This document shows, one piece after another, positions 57,477 to 64,000 of a DNA stretch of 64,000 bases. Source of the DNA: Podarcis erhardii (taxonomy: Eukaryota); NCBI GenBank assembly GCA_964252035.1, contig OZ176204.1; one strand, 5' to 3'. How positions within the stretch are numbered: position 1 is the stretch's first letter; each line of letters starts with the position of its first letter. The position numbers and the translations under genes are program-made. The notes below the pieces were generated by a model. That model saw only the letters and a list, made by a program, of their open reading frames with translations, searched no databases and was not told the origin of the DNA.

Positions 57477-58993
57477 ATAACCTGGGAATTCACAAACTTC
57501 ATTTCTCACCATCAATTTCTAATACAGCTTCTGCAGGAGGTGGATCTAAGTCACTTCTGCAAAGCAGGAAACATTATCATGCCTTTTTTCGTTCATGCAT
57601 AAGTATGATATCGCAATTAAAGCACAACAGTACATGCAATACTTATGAACATATGCACATGTCTGATATCTCAACTAAGGTCTTTTGAGGCAGAAGGCAG
57701 AAATGACAAGGTCTATTTTTGGACAAGAACTGCTTGTCAAGATTAAGGCGGATTCCCACATGACCAACCTGTCAAGATCACATGATGTTACACCCTTTAA
57801 TATATATATTTCTAGGTAAGTATACCTAAGGACAGGCTACACAACTCAGTTTGACTAGAAACATTTTCTGGTCTTTGAGAGGAAGGAAAGGCACCTATTT
57901 ATTCGAAGTTACTACAAGATTGAAACACTAGTAACTCCCCCCCCCCATTATCTTCCATCTATTCAGGATCCTTTATAAACACAGAACAGTAATCCTTATT
58001 CTATTGCTTCTAAACAATCCATGTACCACATCAACCTTAGAGGGCAATTTAAAAAGTTTAAGGGTTTGAGAATAATTTCATTTTTAAATGGCTTAAAAAA
58101 ATAATACATGTTAAAAAACAGTTAGAAAAAAAGTGGGCTATTAGACTTTGTGGGCTTATTTGCAAGCCTACATTGCCACCCTGTAATTCTACACTCTGTG
58201 TCACCATTTGCCTACTTAATTCTTAATTTATCTCATTTAAAGTGTTCAAACTGTTTCCTATATTCTATTTCAGCTATTTTTAATAATATTTACAACTACA
58301 AAGTTCTGCTCACAGAGGACACTAAACCAAACTATGGCTAACCATGAATGAGCAAGCATATTGGGGGCACATTTAGAAAACGGCAGCCACTTTGCTCCCC
58401 CACACAGTGCAGCTGCTATTGTGCTGCTGGGAGCTAAGCCATGTTTGGCTTAGAGTTACAAAGCAAAGCAAACATGATTGCTTGTTCATAGTTTGGGCTT
58501 AGCATTACATATGAACCAGGACAACAGGTCAGATAGGCGGGCTGAAAGAATTATGACTTGCCTAAGGCATTCACTGAAATTGCGGGGAAAGTCAGTTTGC
58601 AGCAGAAGAGATTTGCATCAGGGATGCTACAGTTGATCAATCCTATGCTTCATTACTGTGCTAAGCAAGTTGTAGTTTTTGTTTTAATTCTGATCTCAGT
58701 TACAGAAATTACAACAGAGGCCAGAGTTACCAAAACATGAGGCAAGAGAAGAAAAGGGAGGGGAAAAACTGGACAGTGTAGTAAACCAATGATCAACTGC
58801 TGAGATCTGAAGTACAGTACAAATTAAAATTCCCTTAGAAATGTCTATATACTTTGGATGTAATGTAAGTTAGAATTATGGGAAATTAAATGTAGGCCTC
58901 TCTCTATTTTAGTAGAAAGGCCACCTCAGAGTGCCCCTTCCTAGGAGCAATATTAGTACCCATTATCTAAAAGGTACTACCTACCATGCTGAA

Positions 58994-59340
58994 GGGATGC
59001 GCGTGGCGCTGCGGGTTAAACCACAGAGCCTAGGACTTGCAGATCAGAAGGTTGGTAATCCCCGCGATGGGGTAGGCTCCCATTGTTCGGTCCCTGCTCC
59101 TGCCAACCTAGCAGTTCGAAAGCATGTTAAAGTGCAAGTAGATAAATAGGTACCGCTCTGGCGGGAAAGTAAACAGCGTTTCCGTGCGCTGCTCTGGTTC
59201 ACCAGAAGCAGCTTAGTCATGCTGGCCACATGACACGGAAGCTGTACGCCTGCTCCCTCGGCCAATAAAGCGAGATGAGCGCCGCAACCCCAGAGTCGGC
59301 CATGACTGGACCTAATGGTCAGGGGTCCCTTTAACTTTAC
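58994..59340 (+). mobile_element. Full-length Sauria-type SINE
   Basis: GGGATGCGCGTGGCGCTGCGGGTTAAACCACAGAGCC head, ...ggggtccctttaactttacc tail; flanking direct repeat TACCATGCTGAAGG at 58982-58995 and 59338-59351. Confidence 0.85.
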
Positions 59341-60170
59341 CATGCTGAAGGTAAATCAGCTACCCATATTAAAACAGCAATTCAATTACATACTTTAGGT
59401 GTCAGTTCCATTGAGCTCCCTTCTGAGTCAATTGTGCATGAAAGCACAAGACAGAACCAGGACCCAAATTATTATTTCAGTTAAGAAATATGAATCAAGG
59501 GGAAATTGTACAAAGAGTTGGGAGGGGGAAGAAAAAATTGCTAAAATCCATTTTTATCTTATAGTTTCATTTTCACATCAGGTAGCTCCAGAGGAACAAA
59601 GATTTTGGGCCAGATTCAACTGAACAGTTGCTCTGGCAGGGCCAGCTCAACAAGTCCCGCTAACACAATGGGGCTTTCCACCACTCTCCTCTGCACCTCC
59701 TCCCGCCAAAACAGTTCGGTTCTGTGTTTTAGTTAGATGAAAATTACTGCAGCTTTCTTTCAGTTAATTGAACAGAGTAGAATCTCTAGGGATTTAATCT
59801 CTAGAAAATTAAGGAAGAAAATGCTTCTTCTATTAGTAAAATAACGTATGTGCTCAAAACAACAAAATATTTCTTTCTAGATATAATTGTGTTATTCTGT
59901 TACTATATCCAATATGTCACTTCTTCTGACACATATGTAACTACCCCACTTTTTTATTTTTGACTAAATATATTACACTATGCAAAATGTTAACATTTAT
60001 GCATTTTTGAGGCAGCCAAGATTTAATCAGCTGGCCAGTTGTTTTTAAAAAGCAAACAAACCAAAAAATGCCCTAGTTAATGAGTCAGATCAAACTTTTG
60101 CCCTTAACTGCCGATAGCAGCGTTCATGACATCATGCCAGTGCTGAGGATTGCCATGGATCCTACTCAGA

Positions 60171-60324
60171 CGCCAACAGCTCAGTCGGTAAGGCATGAGA
60201 CACTTAATCTCAGAGGCATGGGTTCAAGCCGCATGTTGGGCAAAAGATTCCTGCATTGCAGGGGGTTGGACCAGATAATCTCCGTGGTCCCTTCCAACTC
60301 TACAGTTCTATGATTCAATCTATG
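60171..60324 (+). mobile_element. tRNA-Lys-derived SINE with CR1-like 3' tail
   Basis: agctcagtcggtaaggcatgagacacttaatctcag...ggttcaagccgcatgttgggc resembles tRNA-Lys; followed by agattcctgcattgcagg...ttccaactctacagttctatgatt. Confidence 0.75.
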
Positions 60325-63300
60325 TGCACTTTATACCAGGGCTAACCCTTTCTCCCTATTCTATAAGCCACCACTCAGCTCACCACTGAAGGATAAGAAA
60401 AAGGGCTGCCTTTGTTCACTACAGATCACATAAACAATGAGATTATTCAGGATTTGGAGATAAAGCATGGTCATGCTCACTGAAAGCAATATTCAAATAT
60501 AAAGAAATACTTGCTTCTACATCTCAATTCACTCTGGATACACCATCAATTGTGGCTTCAATATATAATTAACTCTGATAATTCACATTAACATTTTTAT
60601 TGTACAATATTTACTCCCATATTCTTTTTGGAATTAGGATGTTCATGGTAGTATATATATAGGATTTTTTGTGATCAGCATTTATCTGCTTCTGAGTTTT
60701 CTTTTCCTGTTTTAGAGGGTTTGGGGGGGGTTGGGGGGCGGGTAACCTAGTTGGCATCTTCTGGTCTCCTCAAAGCCCAAGGTTGGGATAGAAAGACAAA
60801 CTGCTAAAGTGATCAAACAAGCTTCTTTGTTAAGTTAATAGTTCTAGCTATGTGTTAAGTATTTCTCTGCATGACTTAAGAATTCAGCTGACTGGTTGCC
60901 ACAGAAACTACTAGCTGATGCTTTCAGAAGCAGAATAAAGGGGGGGGGGCTTCTCTCCTGTCTGTCTGGAGGGAATGCAATGGGGCAAGTGTAAGAAGAA
61001 AACTGGGCTGGAAAGAGACTCCGGCTTGACTTGCTCTGTGTACTGAATTCAAAGTTCCGGCTTGCAGGGCAGGGGGACAATGAGAGATCCAATAGGGTAG
61101 CAATATTATTTGTGTGTAAATAAAAACATCTATCACACAAAAACCACACAGAATGCCCTTCATCTAAGCCTGAGTTGTATGCTGGCACTCTTGAAATCTC
61201 TCACTACTTAGAGAGACTGACATGTGCACAACATACCTATCTCATTATTTATACCCCAGTCCATAACTACATTTGGTTAAACTTTCCCTTATTAAATGCA
61301 AGCATCAGACATTAATCAATAGCTGCTTCAATAGACAGACACTGAACAGTCCATGATCATCTAGTAAGTGTTGTGTCCATACATGTGTTCATATACATTC
61401 ATCCCCCTTCCTGTTACTAAATTGGAGTAGCATGGGAACTACTGTAAAGCGAAAAGACATAATCCAAAGGAAATTTTTCATTTATAAAACTGAAGTTTTA
61501 TGAAACAAAACATGCTCAGAAAAAAAGAGTTTCAAAAGAATGAACCAACAGTGGTAATTTTCCCACTTGTTACGTAGTGAACTGCCCTTCACTTCCCAAT
61601 CACTGCTCCTGGCTGAGTTATGAGAAGAGACACAATGGTTGTTGTAAAATCAATAAAAATTATTATAAAAAAAAAAAAAAAAAGAGAAGAGACACAATGG
61701 GAAGATGTTTAGTCTGCCACAGCCCTAGAGGGAAGAAACATGGTCAAGTGACTAAAGCAGCAACCCGCCCCTTCTGACCCCTCGAGCTGGAGTAAGAAGC
61801 TTCTTTTGCCCCTTATCAACTGTATTTGAGATCACAACCCGTTTACTTTATTCAGTGCTCTTTTTCCTCTAGAAAAAAGGTTTAGGGGCACTCTTATATT
61901 CCTACTCATATTGAAATACTGCCCCTTAATGAGGCCAAACTTAGATTCACAAAGTGTTTGGGGGTATGCATACTCCCGCACCCCCCCCCCCCAGAAAAAA
62001 GAACACTGACTTTGCCACATTAAACTTACTGACAACAGCAGCCAGTGCTGTCTCCATAGTCTCTGTAAGTACTGTTTTTTAAGAAGTGTTGCTAATTAAT
62101 TTTCTTAAACACATGACTAACAAACTGCCTGCCCTTATAACAGGAAGGATGTGTTGAAGGACAGCCTGTATATTGCAGAAACGTCATAGGAAGGGAAGTT
62201 GCAAAGCTTCTGTTCCCAACAGTGCCTTCCTACCTTCCATGGATGGCAGCCAACCCCATTGACAGCTATGTGGGCAGGCCACTTAACCCATTTGAACACA
62301 TCCATTTGTCCTACAGAATTCTGTAGCAGATACTAAGAAGCATGGCACCTTATCTGGATTACCCTTCATGGGCTCCACTGCTTGGAGAGAAGCTGGTGCC
62401 GTGAAAAGTTAATCTTATTTTATTTTTTGTCTTATTAGTTTATAGGCCTGCCCTGTTCCTACTGCTGCCATATTGCCGGGGAACAAATCAGAGTCTGACT
62501 TGTGAGGATGCTTGAACCAAAGCTTGTGGTTTGTTTCTCTCCAAACAAGCCATGAGTAACCAAGGCTTGCTCTTGGGGAAACCAAACCATGAACCTGGGT
62601 TTGGAGGGATATGACAAGTCCTACTGTAGTTTGATTTGTCTGCAGTGCAGCAGCACCAAGAGCAGGAAAGGAGTGCAGGATAAACTTTTCAGCAGCAGGC
62701 AGCAATACACTCCTACGTGTTAATGTTAAACTGACATTTATGGTTTACATTTTACATGCATACTTGACCATTTTCAACAGGAAGTCTGGATGGCACACCA
62801 CCTGTTTCTTCCTCTAACCTGCTGTTATGTCATTATTAAAATGTAGACTGTGACACCACTCAATTTATTGGTCAAATATTAAATTGGCGGTTTTAAAAAA
62901 TAAAATCCTTTTCTAAGTGGTAGTCTATTTTATTATATATTATCTTCCAGTTTCAATAGCAGTAATGCGGGCCTATCCTGCTGTTAGACACACAGTGCCA
63001 AACTAATATAAGCACTTGCTCCCTCTACCCCATAACTCTCTTAAGAAAACAGCTGCCCTCCATTATATCACACAGTCTCAACTTATCCAACTGTTATCTC
63101 TGTTCACATGCACTCAATTGCAAGCAGGATGCACCTGCACTTTTCACAATGACACAGGCGTAGCTGGTTAGGATTTTACATTAGGTTGGTCACTGCTTGG
63201 TAGAATGAACATGCGTGCACCATTAAGACTTTATACTAAGAAAGTGAAAGCACCAAGTCTGTGCATGTCCATATAGCTCTGTCCTTTAAAGATATTGCAT

Positions 63301-63593
63301 CACAATACTTGGAGAAGGGGGGAAAGTGGTGGATTGCTCAGTTCTGATGCAGACAATAGTCTGAATGATTCAGGTCACTTTGCACAGGAATTCACAAAGA
63401 TCCAATTCCTAAAGGATTCCATGCTAATATTGACCTTCTGCTCATGAAATCCATCAAAGTGAGACGATGAAGCTAAGTTGGGTATATTTGCTCTTCTACA
63501 TATATACGCCAAGGTTGATCTGCCAACATTCTAAGACGACTGAGATCACAAAAACTTGTCTTGGTAGCCAGTCTTAAAGAGTAATATCTATCT

Positions 63594-63623
63594 ACACACA
63601 CTCACTCACTCACTCACTCACTC
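63594..63623. repeat. (CA)n(CACT)n microsatellite
   Basis: Direct reading of sequence. Confidence 0.85.
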
Positions 63624-64000
63624 TTTAGGCCAAGGTTGGGCATATGTGATCAAACATCAGCTTTTGCCACCTTCATAAAGCAGTAAGGTTCAACAATTGA
63701 TAATATTCCTAAAGTCAACATGACATTAAGGATACATGTCATAGCATTGCATTTGTTTTTAACTATGTCATTGAGATTCCAGGACCACTGACTATTAGAA
63801 GCAGCTTCAGTTTTTGCAGCCTAATGATGCTAGCAACGTGTTTGTGAACATGCATTCAACTATTTCCCCCTCACAACCCTTGTCCGTCATGGCTAATTAA
63901 AGCCTGGGTGGGTTCAGGGTGTGGTGAATGTGCCTTTGTATGAGAGGGGTGTGCCTGGCACCTTGAAGGAGGCAGCTGTGTGGCCGCTCTTAAACCTCAC

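Noticed and set aside
60171-60243. Functional tRNA-Lys gene
   Set aside because: Acceptor stem and anticodon region are degenerate, and it is fused to a LINE-like tail, so it is a SINE.

Overview
Eukaryotic (vertebrate) genomic DNA, almost certainly a squamate reptile and probably a lacertid lizard, judged from Sauria-type and Squam3-type SINEs, L2/CR1 fragments and Tigger/hAT MITEs. The window holds the whole coding region of TRIP12 (HECT E3 ubiquitin ligase; N-terminal IDR, ARM repeats, WWE, HECT) on the minus strand. I traced 41 GT-AG coding exons from ATG 52097 to TGA 7046. They total 6210 nt (2069 aa plus stop) in the longest form, with consistent phase at every junction. The first, non-coding exon and promoter are not evident and probably lie beyond 64000. 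The 3' UTR runs from 7045 to somewhere near 4650-5100. Almost all ORF-track entries are exon read-throughs or spurious. I found no evidence of a wholly new gene system (no CRISPR, no snoRNA, no intact transposase). The best leads are regulatory: an out-of-frame uORF overlapping a weak-context TRIP12 start codon; a nested MITE-in-MITE in the last intron whose stem mismatches are all G-U wobbles on the transcribed strand; alternative acceptors that would cut the WWE domain or drop SFSLN; a 177-nt AG-exclusion zone built from a (CTTCTCT)n array; and a tandem CTCF-like/homeobox block. Comparisons with human TRIP12 are from memory and need checking.
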